Shown one piece after another: positions 13,091-26,793 of a stretch of 64,000 nt of DNA; within the stretch, counting starts at the first letter, position 1; every line of letters begins with the position of its first letter. A program made the position numbers and the translations under genes. Under the pieces are notes generated by a model. The model had not been told where the DNA came from, made no database searches, and worked only from the letters and a program-made list of their open reading frames with translations. Location: assembly GCA_012295275.1 (NCBI GenBank), contig CM022672.1:1426001-1490000 (forward strand), written 5' to 3'. This stretch comes from Chrysomallon squamiferum. Taxonomy: Eukaryota > Animalia > Mollusca.

Positions 13091-16000
13091 CTATCGTTTC
13101 ATATGAATCAACTGGTGGATGGCTGATGAAGCGTGATGAATCAGTGTCGTGATGTCCAGCATAAGAACTGCTCCAAAAGTTAAAGTGAGAAAGGAGATGG
13201 CAGCGTAGCCCATCGTCTGAGCACTCGGCCGCCGGTCGTCTGCGCTCTTCTTGGCCATAACGGACCTGGCCGTCGAGCTGGGCTCCACGAGTAACGTCCT
13301 CTGTATGTCTTTTAGGAGTCGCGTGACTTCTTCCGTGCTGAAGTTTTTAATGCATCTGCAAGGACAGATCTCGGTGTACGAGGACGCGTTGGTCCAAGCA
13401 GTGCTGTTATACGACACACTGGAAGATCGCGTAGAACTGAACAGGAATTCTGAGGCCGTAAGGCTCTCGGCCGAATAGACAGTTGACGTAGCGTGTACAT
13501 GTTGTAAAGATTCTGCTGACTGAGACGGCTCCAATGACGATGCTGCAGTCTGCAGTGTGTTCACTGCTGTTTGTGTTTGAAGGTTTTCAGTTAAGCTCGA
13601 AGGTTTTGTAACATCAGATAAAAGTCCCGATTCTTCTGACACGTAATTCCAAGACGACTGAACGTAAAAAGCAGTGTCTGAAAAGTCTGTGACGAACGTT
13701 GAATCTGATGCTGTGATTAAACTGGTTGAAGGTTCGATCAGCGGAGGTTCTAGAAATTCAGTACTAGATAAATAACTGTCGGTAGATAATGTGGATGATT
13801 CGAGAGGTTTTAGAACATCATTTCCTGAAATTAAAACACAACGCAAACGATATTACTCAAAAGAGTAAGTGAATGGTATACGTTTTCATAGCCAGCATAA
13901 ATTTCGTTATTGTTTTATTTCTTACTGGCCACGATGTTTTACTAATAATAGAATATAACAAAAGAATAAAAAGGTCACGAGCATGCATGACGATTGACAC
14001 GTGCTCGTTTTAATCTCGTCATTTCGTACTCGAAATTTATTTAGTTTATTTTGTTCATATAAGTAAAGCTGGTGTGCGTGCAATCACGCACACATTCTGT
14101 GCCTCTTTTTTTTATTCGGTTTGTTTTTACTTCCTAGTTACTGTGTTAAACAATTACATGTATTTCGTTAACCTGAGTCTCTTTGTCTGAAAGTTACTTC
14201 GTCAGTTAACACAAACACGACCATAGCTTTATTTTTATCTTTTAACAACAATAACAATAGCAGCAATTAAATAGTCGTTAATAACAACCAACAATACAAA
14301 AACCCATTCATCGCGTATCTGTGGGAAAATAAAGGATTATTTACTGCGTCATAAAAAGAAGAAGAAGAAGAAGAAAAACACTTTATACTGCAATAATAAA
14401 AATATAAAAAAATGATAAACAATGTTATAAATTGTTTTAATATTACCTGTAATTACTGGCTCAGGTAAATATCCAATCGGTTGTTCTTCGTTCGTAACAC
14501 CTGAAAAACATAAACATAAAATATACATTGTAGGTGTTGTAAATGAAAGAGAAATATCTCATGCTAATCATGAAATGCTAATTGAAAAGAAAAGATTCGA
14601 ATAAAATATGAGAAAAATGTTTTATGAAAGTAAAAAATAATTAAATTAATGGACAGATGAATGGGTAAATGCATGGACGAACGAGTATTTAAATAGATCG
14701 ATGAATGAATGAATGAATGAATAATTTATTTATTTGTGAAATTTAAAAACTTTTCATTCGTTCCATTCCATTCATTCTTTGTTCACTGTCTTTTTTCCTT
14801 TTTCTTTTTTTTCTTTTTTTTTTTTTCTTTTTCTTTCGAATTTTTTTTCATTTCACACATCCAGTTAATTTTCTTCTTTTGTTTTGACTTTCTAACCCTT
14901 CTTTATTTCATTTACTCCTTGTCTATCATCCTTCCTTCATTTTTATTTATTTTTTTCATAATCATTTTAAAAAATGTTGGACAATGGTAACTTACCAAAT
15001 CTACACATGGACTTGTACAAATTGTAACTGCTGTGTGACCGGACATTCTGAGCTTCATACAGATACCAGGGATTGGCTGACACGTGTATGTAACAAAACG
15101 ATGAAAACGTGGAAGTCTTGCAGGAATATCCTCTACAGTCCGTGGTCCCCTCACAGACAGTCCGACACTTGTCACACTTCAGGTTTCCTTTCGAATTGTC
15201 CGTAGGACCGATTGACTTTTTAAACGTATTATACGTGCAGGACGCTGCAGTGAAACAGAGAGAGAAATATATAGATAGATACATACATATACATATAGAT
15301 ATACATATACATATATATAAATACACGCGTATACACACATAGTATTATTATTACATACACAGATATACACACATAACTTTTGTGTTCAGACGTTTTAAAA
15401 GATCGTTCGTAAGGAAATTGTTTTGTTTTTAATTTTTTCTTATTTTTTTTATTATTATTATTGTATTTATTTTTTATTTATTTCATTTCACTTTATTTAT
15501 TTATTTATTTATTTATTTTATAGAATATAATGTAGACATAATAAAGATACTAACAGAATATATCGTAAAAATATTTTTTTTCAAAAGTTACTTGATCTAT
15601 TTGATACAAAACATTTTTTTTTTTTATCAAAATTCACTTGATTACACAGAATGCTCGCTGTAAGTAAAAGCTGGTGTAAATAAATATCGAACCATTGGTC
15701 ATTTGACATATATACGGCAACTTCTGACCGCAGTTAGCGGTACTCCACACGTACGTAGACGTGTCTGTCACACCACACGTCTGAACGGACGAGTGGACGG
15801 GCTCACCGCTGTTCCACACATTCCACGTGACTGGCCTACCAGTGATCCAAGAAAAATTACCGTTGACGCCGCTGATGCCTGTCCAAAACTGTGACACGCT
15901 GTTGATGATAATAATAACAACAACAACAACAACAACAACAACAATAGTAATAATAATAATACGATAACTTACAAACACTAAGTATATCACAAATTTATAT

Positions 16001-16481
16001 AAAAACATATACAGACGATACAGATAAGTTAATTCAATATTTTATTAAAATAATAAATAAATAATTAAATAAAATCAAATTAAAAACAGTAACACAAGAT
16101 AGAAAATCATACTACACGGAAAAAAATCTTTCTCTATTTTATAACATCAAAACATAAGCCACAATATTTCCCTTTCCCCACTGAAAGAGAACCAGTAACT
16201 TCAGCTTTTATATAAATAAATATAAAAATAAAAACTGAGTTTGTTCATCGAGACCAAAACACTACACGCGTTCTTATCATTCTTGTCAAGCTCTCACAAA
16301 CCTTTGCCCGAACAGGAGATTCAGACCCTGATTCTCCGCTGAATCGTCCAAAACCAACAAGTCATAACCCAGTTGACCACATATTTGCTTTGCCGCTGTC
16401 CAGTTTACAGGTATTGTGAATAAAGTGTAGACTAAAAAAAAAAAAAAAAAAAATAGAAATAAAAATATTTAGAAAAAACAA

Positions 16482-16536
<55 letters not shown>

Positions 16537-18328
16537 ATTAATTAATTAATTAAATTAAATTAAATAGTTAAAAAAATGTTGATTAACAAAAAAAAAAAAT
16601 TCTTGTTTTTTATAAGTGTTTTCAAATGTTTTATCTCAAAAAAAAAGCTTGTAATAATAATATAAGAAGAAACAAAAGGTTCACAGAGCATATAAAAGTC
16701 ATTAAAAATGTAGTCATTTAAATTTTTTTTTTTTTTTTTTTTTTTTTTTGAAGAAGAAGAAGAAGATAGATCAAAATATTTAAAAGACATAATGATAACT
16801 TGTACGTTTATTTCGTATAATCTTTTCTTCTTAAATTATAAAATCTAGTAGGTAGATGTACCCATCTCATTTGACCTATGTGTATGTCCATCTTGCTTAA
16901 CCATTTACCTTTTATCATCCACGAACAAACACGTACAACTAAATTCGCGCATGCGCGTAGAGAGTGACACTGAGACAAGACACAGATATAAAATAGTAGT
17001 TTCCAAAGGCAGCAAGCAACAAAATAATTTATTAATTCCTCAGTTTAATAATTATTAAAGTTCCTTACACTCAATAACCGACGATTTAATTTACTTCCTA
17101 TGTTCTGTCAAAAAAAAGTGTTAATCACTGTTAGATTGTATTCTTATGACACAAACCTATTGCTTGATTGTTTGTAGTGTTCGTGCACTTTTCAATGGCG
17201 TCCAGTGAATTAATCCCATACCCTGGATAATTGCTCTTGTCCACCGCAACTTTGTAAAGAAAAACAAAACAAAAAACCCATTACAGCATAACATTTAAAT
17301 ACAAAACAAATGACAGAGAGAAACAAATAGCAATTAAAAATCACGTAAATGATTGTACGTACGTGAATGGATACTAAAATTAAAGGATGAAGATTCTAAA
17401 GGTTCTGAAACTCCATGATTCGTCCTTTTATATAAACAGACAAACAAACAAATAAACAAAATAATAAAATATCTGAGGAGATCACAAAAGTATCAGACGT
17501 TAAATTCCATTATCGTCTGAAGAAGACTGGTTTGCAGAATTCAGCAATCGCTTTCACCTTCACCCGATCAGTGTCAGGTCTGTTCAGGACATATAATTCT
17601 CCCTATCTTGCATTCTGCATTATTTTTTGGGTTCATAGATATATTTTTAGTTAGACAAACCCAAATAAAATGCTACCTAAAGTAAAAAGGCCTCTAAAAT
17701 GTACCACTAGTCAATTTTACAATGTTACTGCGTGTAGTTTTCGATCTATTGCTGTCATTATCAGTTATCTCCCTTGAGTTACATAAATCAATGTTATGGT
17801 CAGACTGAGTCCATTTATTACACAGCATTTTATTTCTGAAACGTTCAATTTTATATACTATCAGTAATAAAACTGATATTGTGCCACGTTCTCCAGGTTA
17901 TTTCTGAAATCTCTATCAGAATTCAGATTTAGCGGTCATTCGGGAGTCTTCAAAATCTTATTCCAAAATGTCCCAACGTCTATATAACCGAAAATCTCAA
18001 ACATTACAGCGTTATTATCAGAAATAAATGTATGTACTGCGAAAGAAGGACACTACCTGAATAGCAGTTCTTTGTGTAGAGAGTGTAACCAGCTGCACTG
18101 TTTTGGTTGGCGGAGTCGAGGTAGCGGTTCTCGTCTGCTGTGAAATGAAGAGAACAGCTGTACGTTGACGCATGCCAAGTCGCAGCCCAGCACTCACTTC
18201 CGTTGAGAAGACTCGAACTGCAGGCGTCCGTACAGCCATTCGCATCACCAGTCGTAAGACTGAAAGGATCTGAATCGCGAGCTTGAGTGTCTTTGAGAGA
18301 AGCGAAATGGCATTTACCTGGTGTAGTA

Positions 18329-18389
<61 letters not shown>

Positions 18390-19041
18390 TGATGATGATG
18401 ATGATGATGATAACTGGATTGAAATTGTTATATTTGATTAAATCTAAATGGATTCTTTATTAAGCTGTAATAAAAAGAAAATTGTAATGAGAAAAGTTAT
18501 ATGTGTGTGTGTGTATATCTGTCTGTCTGTCTGTCTGTCTGTCATCTGTATGTATGTATGTATGTATGTATGTATGTATGTATGTATGTATGTATGTATG
18601 TATGTATGTATGTATGTATGTATGTATGTATGTATGTATGTATGTATGTATTTGTGTAAGTATAGCTAGATCTTATGTTATGCAGTACCTCCAATGTATT
18701 CGCAGATATAGTGGTAAGTTTTTGAACACTTCTCATACGTGACGGTCCCACGTCTGATATATCCCCGATCTCATTATTGCACAGTCCCCGTGAGAGAAAA
18801 ATAAATTACCACCTCGAGGTCATTCGTGTAATTCCTGCAAGTGTCCCAGTACAGCTCTGCAGGTTCTGATCCAGATTCGACGTGAAGACCAAGCCACAAG
18901 TAGGAAACTCTACAAAGGTGCAATCACAGAAAGGTGTGTGTATATACATTCATACAGGCATACATACATATACATACATACACACATACATACATACATA
19001 CATACATACATACATACATACATACATACATACATACATAC

Positions 19042-19102
<61 letters not shown>

Positions 19103-19230
19103 TACATACATATATATATACATACATACATACATACACACACATACATACATACATACATACATACATACATACATACATACATACACACACACACATA
19201 CATACATACATACATACATACATACATACA

Positions 19231-19262
<32 letters not shown>

Positions 19263-19298
19263 CATACATACATACATACACACACACACATACATACA

Positions 19299-19332
<34 letters not shown>

Positions 19333-19427
19333 CATACATACATAAATATATAAATACATAAATACATACATACATACATACACACATACATACATACATA
19401 CATACATACATACACACATACATACAC

Positions 19428-19474
<47 letters not shown>

Positions 19475-20016
19475 AACTGATAAGCTGGGAACGTTATCAA
19501 AATGCAGTTCATATGTACATAATTATATAGTTAATAAGACTTACAAACTTAGTTCGTCCTTCCAAGGAGGATTATTGAGTAAATCCTTCATCATGGACTG
19601 CTCCTTTTTAGTAACACTCAGCAAGGAGCCGCCAGTCACGTGACAAATTAGACTGGCTGAATTCCAGTCTAGCGCATTAGTAAACAAAACCATATGTTTG
19701 TTAGATGTTGGCAAAACACTGGTTCCTAAAATGAAACAAGTAAAAAATAAAATATAATGAAAAACAAAATAAAATGAAACAAATATTAGACAGATAAATA
19801 AATAGACAGAATGATAGATAGACAGGCAGACAGATAGAAAAGACAGAGAGAGAGAAAGAAAGAAACAGATGAAATATAGACGAGGGATTTTGGATAAAAT
19901 ACGATGTTCAAGCTGACTTATAATATGTACTGTCCAAGAGATCTTTCTCTTTCATACCTTCTCTCTTTTAAAATAAAAACTAAGTTAATGAAATAATGTA
20001 CTGAAACAAAAAGTAA

Positions 20017-20096
<80 letters not shown>

Positions 20097-20119
20097 TAAT
20101 AATAATAATAATAATAATG

Positions 20120-20162
<43 letters not shown>

Positions 20163-20182
20163 TAATAATAATGATAATAATG

Positions 20183-20219
<37 letters not shown>

Positions 20220-23200
20220 TAATAATAATAATAATAAATAAATAAATAAATAAACAAATAATAACAACAACAACAACAATAACAATAATGATAATAATAA
20301 CGAATTAAATTCACGTGTGTTTTGTTTATATACATCGATGCCTACACATTTCCATGACAAGACAGCACTCACCGGACTCATTAATGTATATTTATCAAAG
20401 CTATCGACAGGTGAAACAAAGGACGTCGTGAGGTTGGCACTGGAGCCTACGTTTCACGTTGCTTCCTCTCCGCGTGTTTATTTACACAAACAGAGCAGAT
20501 CTTAGATTCCGTCATAACGTAACGACAAACGGAAGTATAGATCGAATATTTGTTCTTTTAACTTACACACACGTAATAAAAAATCGATTCCGTAACGAGT
20601 ATTTCCAAATGGCCGGTCGTAAATGCTTTGAAAATGTTCGGCACAAAGACCCACACTTCCGTCAAAAAAGTTTGATAGATCACACAGCGGAAGAAGCCGT
20701 CTTTGTGAAAACAATAAAATCAACAAATAATATTCACAGATTCCGTATGAATAGATTCCATTTGATTTAGCGCTGTATATCTGAATTTATTCAGCTGTAT
20801 GTATGTGTATATATATACACTTTGGGGTCCAGTCCTATAAAACTGATTTCAGTATCACGTCATAAAATCAATATAACATCAATCTTAACATTCAGTGGTC
20901 TCTAATCCAGGACAGGTCCCACATTGATTCACGTTTTATTTCAGATTTGAGATTGCTGAGTTTTTTTGGAACTGATAAGAATAAGGTGATCTGTCATGGA
21001 ACAAGATTACAGTGTTCCCATGACAGTTCGAGTTTCAGAGCTAACAATAACATAGGACAGCCATTGCATGTAAAATCCGACGATACAATTTATTAACCTT
21101 TAAGATTAAATTTTTGGATAAATTGTGAAATATGCGTATGTCCATGTACAAAATATCAGACCATAAATATATCTACTCTCGGTGTTTGTCCTGTTATATA
21201 ACGTAATCATCAGTTATTGACTCAGAAATATTTCATATTTAAGTGTCTCCTTTAGACAAAGGATAAACAGATGATGCAAGATCCAGTATCGAATCAATAA
21301 TTCAGTTTATAAGTTTGAGTTATTAGATAAATGTAAAGGACGGATATGTGATCTAATATTGAACGGTAAACGTGTTTATACAGTCTGTTTGACTTATTAC
21401 ACAAAGTGAGACAGACGGATACATTATCTTATAAATAAACAAAGTCAGGATCTTATCGAAGTATTTTGATGTCACATCACTGAGATGTGTCGTTATTGTT
21501 ACTTCAAAACACGATTTTACTTTCAAATAATGTGTTTGTTTGTTACCGTTCATCTGTGAACATACAATGATAAATATTTTAACCGCTGTTATTTTTACGA
21601 CACATTAAAGATTCTTTTGACGTAATAGTTTTATTTCTGTTTATACAGTCACATTAAATTCAGCGTTCAGGAGGTCTCTGAGATGTTTACTGACTTAACT
21701 TACAGTTTGTGTGTGTCTGTGTATACGATGTGAAATCAGGAATGACAAATCTATATCGAAATCGTGTTTTGAAAATCAGTAAATTACGATGTGCTTAGGT
21801 AATCGTATCGCCGTTGATAATTAATTAATTTGTCACAAATTGTTTTTGGTATAAAAAAACAGTCTTTATTTTTTCCATTATAAAATATGATACTTTTTTG
21901 TTAGGATCGTCTTAGAGAAATTTTCAAAAGTCGACATCGAAATTCATTTTTTTTATACAAAAATATTTTTATTTCATATTATTGGAGTTGGAGAATATGA
22001 CTTTTATATGTATCACTAAATATGCAGCCAGTGTAATGTAGCTTATTCTAAAACTGATATTGAAACGAATATCTAAAAATTACTTTCGTGAACAAACATA
22101 AGAATCCCGTGAGCTGTATTGGGCCTAGCCAATATTTCACTGGTTTGTCAAAGCATTTCCTTTCTGTAGGAAAGTGAAAGAAAATATCCCATGCTGCTGA
22201 AAACCCAACTGCTGTCTCTTTTCATATCACCACAATTACATTTTACACTTAATCGTTCATGAAAAAATGTTCTGAGGTAGTTTTAGATATTAAACAAATA
22301 ATAAATGAATAGTAATTCATTTTTGTGCTTTCTTTTCTTATGGAAACGAAGAAAGCAGTATTTTTTTTTTTTTTCCCTCTCTGTTATGAAATGGTATTCT
22401 TTCGTGTTACATAAAATGAAACTGTGGTTGTAAATAAATAAATATATATATATATATATATATATACAGTATTCCCTCGCTATTCGCGGGGGTTACGTTC
22501 TTTACCCCCCCCCCGCGAATAGCGAAAAACCGCGAATATTGGATGCAGTTTTAAAACGTCTATTATGAGATTATATACGGTACTAAATGCTTCCCAAACA
22601 CTTTCTAAAGACACTCTTACTCATTAATACAGTAATAATGTAGTAATATTGCATGCAATTATGTATTTCACTAATGTAGTAATGATAATGTAAACACATT
22701 TTAATTTTGTACTGAAACAATATTTTAATCAGAAAGAAACGTAAGTACAGGAGGACAGTAACACCACATAGCATAGTTACCCATACAGTATTACTGTACC
22801 GTAAAGTCATTTTCTCTGCGTACAACATTTGTATTAGAATTGACAGAAAGTGGAACAAATTTAAAGGCAAACAGACAGATAAATACAGTACGCACAGTTC
22901 AGGTAATAATAATACAATTCAGTAATAATATGCAATTAAAAACATTATTAATACACGGTCACAAAAAATATGCACTGTACATACAGTGTATGCATTTATA
23001 AAAAAATACGTACTGTATTGCAATAATAATTGAAAAAATTTGATATTGTTTGTGCGGTTTACCGAGCATTTGTTTTTATGACGTTATGGCGCTAGCCTGG
23101 TATACCAGCATACGATGCGATATGGTTAAGAGCCTAACCCGCGAATATGCGGGGCCGCGAATGGGGAACCGCGAACAGGTGAGGGTATACTGTATTACTA

Positions 23201-23257
23201 AAAAGTAGCCTTACCTCTGATGAATAAAACAATCAGCAGAGTCTTTAAATTCTTCAT
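13091..23257 (-). CDS. Type I membrane receptor: signal peptide, C-type lectin, PAN/apple-like, C-type lectin, PAN/apple-like, Ser/Thr stalk, TM (possibly disrupted allele)
   Basis: Phase-consistent GT-AG exons 23257-23215 (MKNLKTLLIVLFIR), 19725-19545 (LDWNSASLICHVTGGSL), 18909-18689 (YLWLGL..KCSKTYHYICE, with TAATGA inside), 18317-18057 (CTDAC..ECWAATW..C), 17249-17157, 16431-16302 (VNWTAAKQIC), 15898-15693 (FWTG..WNSGEP..C..W..NCGQKLPYIC), 15244-14996 (CRTVC..DCRGY..C), 14500-14447, 13824-13091 (Ser/Thr stalk, SADDRRPSA, hydrophobic TM). Confidence 0.8.
18955..19470. repeat. (TACA)n/(CA)n compound microsatellite in a lectin intron
   Basis: About 500 bp tract; explains six overlapping spurious ORFs. 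Confidence 0.95.
20016..20300. repeat. (TAA/TGA)n microsatellite
   Basis: Triplet tract within intron 1 of the lectin gene. Confidence 0.95.
22467..23192 (-). mobile_element. pogo/Tigger-like MITE, copy 2, uninterrupted (726 bp)
   Basis: Reverse complement of 6608-7200 + 9643-9775; TA flanks; single TTCTAAAG (empty hAT site) at 22603-22610. Confidence 0.92.
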
Positions 23258-23817
23258 CGTTTTTTGTTTTGTTTTATTCTGAAACGAAAATGAACGTAAT
23301 TAACACATTAATGTTATTGGAACTCTTACATATAAATATTACTACTAGCCAACTGCATCAGTTTCCAAACGACGGATCTATTAGAGTTTCTGACTTCCAG
23401 TTCATAGTCAAATGTGTTTTTAAAACATTGATCAAAAGTTCCCTCCCTTTTTGCAATATTAACAAAATCACCTAAGCATGATGAATGTCATTAAATATTC
23501 ATGGGAAAAACAACACGTATATATATATAATTACATGATGTCGTATCTCAGTAATGTAAATCTTTTGTCCGCGTATCTCATCTGTCACTGACATGCATGA
23601 TGTGTGTGTATCACAAAACAATAATAACGTCTTGGATAACGCTGATCGGATGATATGCACGTTGAGTGTAACTATTCAGTTTTCACTGGTGTACAGCCTA
23701 GCATTAATGTTGTAATTAAATACATGCAGTGAAACTATACACTCTATATTGATCATTATTCTTCTTTGATTTTTTTATTTTTTTTTTTTTTTTTTAAATC
23801 TTTGGAGATAAATTATG

Positions 23818-23873
<56 letters not shown>

Positions 23874-24309
23874 AATAAATAAATACAAAGAAAAAACCAG
23901 GCAGTTGTTCTCAGTCAATAAAGAAAACGTCAGTTAGAATATTGCTATATGAAATTTCACAAAATAAATACAATGGTAATTTTTACAGTATTATTATGAA
24001 TTTATATGTACATTTCTATTACTGAGAAACCTATTGTCGTTATTACAGAGTAAAATTTCACCAGCTAAAAATATGAATTTATAAGACTGCCTGTAATGGT
24101 TGCTATATTCAATTTAGTACATAATGAAAAACACCAAGATGACGCGAAAAGGAATAAGGAAATTACCAAATTTTTAATAATTTTATGTCTATAACAAATA
24201 GTCTTGATATGTCTTGGATACTTCCTTGCATTGTTGCTATTTCATTGTTTTTCTTTTCGTTTATTATATATATAATTATATCAAAAAGCTTACTTTGTCC
24301 AGATGTTTC

Positions 24310-24340
<31 letters not shown>

Positions 24341-24883
24341 TTAATTTCCGGATATTTCCGGACCCTTTATTTCCGAAACCAACCTACATACAGACAATAT
24401 AGCCGTGTTTCTTTGACATTAACTTGTAAATGGAGAATACATGTTGTTCTGTATTTTGTTTGTTTCTGTGTTTAGATTACAATAATAAGCACATCACCCG
24501 GTTTGCGGCCACGATCCCGAAGACATCGGTCGTTAGTAACGACGCCATAACATGATCACGAACGATGTCATAAGATTCGTTTCGTGCAGTTCCTGACCCC
24601 TGCGTAATTTTGGCCCCCAAATTTGGCTTCTGATTACCAAACTGGTGAACAAACGTATTTATTTATATCTGTTTTGTTAATTACATGGTATTTTATTAAA
24701 AAAATAATAATAATAATACAAATGCACTAAATTGTATTCATATTAAAACTAAGTACATCATTAAAACTCATAAGACAACAACAAATTTGAATAAATATAT
24801 TCTAAATATTGTTATTTATAACAGTGAAAGGTTTGTATTCTCTGTTATTTAATTTTGCTTTTCAGCTGGTTCTGGGAAATGTA

Positions 24884-25246
24884 TTAAGGTGTTGGTTGAC
24901 CAGGAGAATAAAAACGACGACTGGAATTACTTTTCATTGTCAACTGTTTTACTATCTCTACTGTTGACACGGTCCTGGCACAAGGATTTGAGTCTCCTCT
25001 GGAGGCGAATATGACCTTTGTTCTTGCGCTTCTTCGGGGGTGCCAACTGCATCCTGTTGAAGAACGGTGCGTACAGTGTTCTTCACGCTGGAACCACTGG
25101 GTAACTTTCCAGACAGAAGGATGATGATGGCCAATCATTCTGAAAAACTTATCGTTCCACCCTTCACAAATGTTGTTTGTTCGGTGGCCTCCTTTTATTG
25201 GGTCCATTAGAGAATGGCTTCTTAAAGAAAATGATAATGGATACAT
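24884..25246 (-). mobile_element. Mutator-like (MULE) transposase C-terminal relic
   Basis: RTNNICEGWNDKFFRMIGHHHPSVWKVTQWFQREE resembles the RTNNxxEGWxxxF..HPSIW motif of animal MULE transposases; fragmentary, termini not found. Confidence 0.65.
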
Positions 25247-26713
25247 TTAAAGAACCCATTGAATAGGTCAAGGACTCAGTGACAAATAAAACTCAATTGC
25301 GTATGTTAGAGAGATGTAGAGTTATTGACTGACATAATGTTTACGTGAAACATATGGATTATCAGTTGAGGAATGATAATTAATGGGTGAAAGAGGTGCA
25401 TATTTATGATAGAATATTTAAGAAGCTTTAAAAATATTAGTTTGGCACAAAAAATAAATTTTAATACCTTTAACATATTTAAAATGGGAATTTTAATTAA
25501 AATGTAGTGTTTCTTTTTTTTCCGTTTCTTTTTATCCTTTTTTTTTTTTTCTTTATTTGTTCCTGTTTCCTTTTTTTCCTGTTTCTTTCTTTCCAACAAC
25601 CCTATTATTCAGCCTTTTTATTAAAATTATTGTAAATCTGTTACCTTAAGTAGATTTTTGTATATTTTTAATTGCAACGATTTCTCTGTGCCGCAGTAGT
25701 TCATGAAGCTTCTGTCATTCTTTATTACATTTTAAATTGCTTATTGTGTTGGCAAATCGGATTATAAATTGTCTGTTTCCGTTAACTTTTATGTTCGCAG
25801 GTTTTAACAAAGTTACTTATCCAAGTAGGTTTGTTGTTTAAAGTGTTACGAGTCCATTGTCTATTGTTTGTAATCAATTTTTCCCTTTGACAGTGTTATA
25901 ATATCAGTCATATTCATGTTACATTAATTCCCTCTGCTTAAATCTTAACAGGTTTTCTGACAGACAAAAGATAAATGCATGTGTGCTGTAAAAGAGCTCA
26001 CTTGCCGAATATGAAATATAATATAAAAAATTCGTATGTTTTAACTTTCATTACAGTAATTTATGTTATATCTAACTGTATCATGCATAACAGTAAAGTT
26101 TATTTTCTATATACAAGAACATAATGAAAAATGCATGTTCCTAGGTAGGTCTTGTCGATTTTACCGATATCCATGTTGGATCTGTTCATCAGTTTTGTAC
26201 TCAAATTCGACCCGTTTCGTGGACTAACAGTCTTTTACCAAATAAGCATGGCTGACAAACTCAAGCCAGGAACTGTAAGCAGAAGATGTTAGTGGTTATC
26301 AGCAGATGATTTTTATGTCGTATGCACAGTGCATATTATGCGTTGTTACGACATACTAGAATAAATGACGCTTCTAACAACAGGGTTGGACCTGTTGTTA
26401 ATATAATGATATTGTAAGTTACCGACGTCTATAACGACACCTTCCAGGTCATGAACATTGTCGACGACATGTTAATAATATACGTAACGACGTCTTCGAA
26501 AACATTGCCACTGACCTCCATTACTATAAGCAAGCTGTCCAGACCTTGCTATTCTACAAGTTGTTTACAATATCTTGATACAGTTTCTTCTTCTTACTTT
26601 TATTATTGTTGTTGTTGTTGCCGTGCTGTTGTGTTGTTGTTAGTAGTATTTTCAGATTAAAAAAAAGTGATCACTAAAAACAATTAAAACGTTATTATTG
26701 TGAACATTAATGT

Positions 26714-26793
<80 letters not shown>

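Noticed and set aside
18771-18776. Selenocysteine or readthrough explanation for the in-frame TGA
   Set aside because: A TAA precedes the TGA and no SECIS was recognised
20317-20770. CpG-richer intronic patch with short ORFs
   Set aside because: No motif, termini or TSD identified
26248-26280. Possible first exon ATGGCTGACAAACTCAAGCCAGGAACT|gtaagc
   Set aside because: No convincing downstream exons or homology
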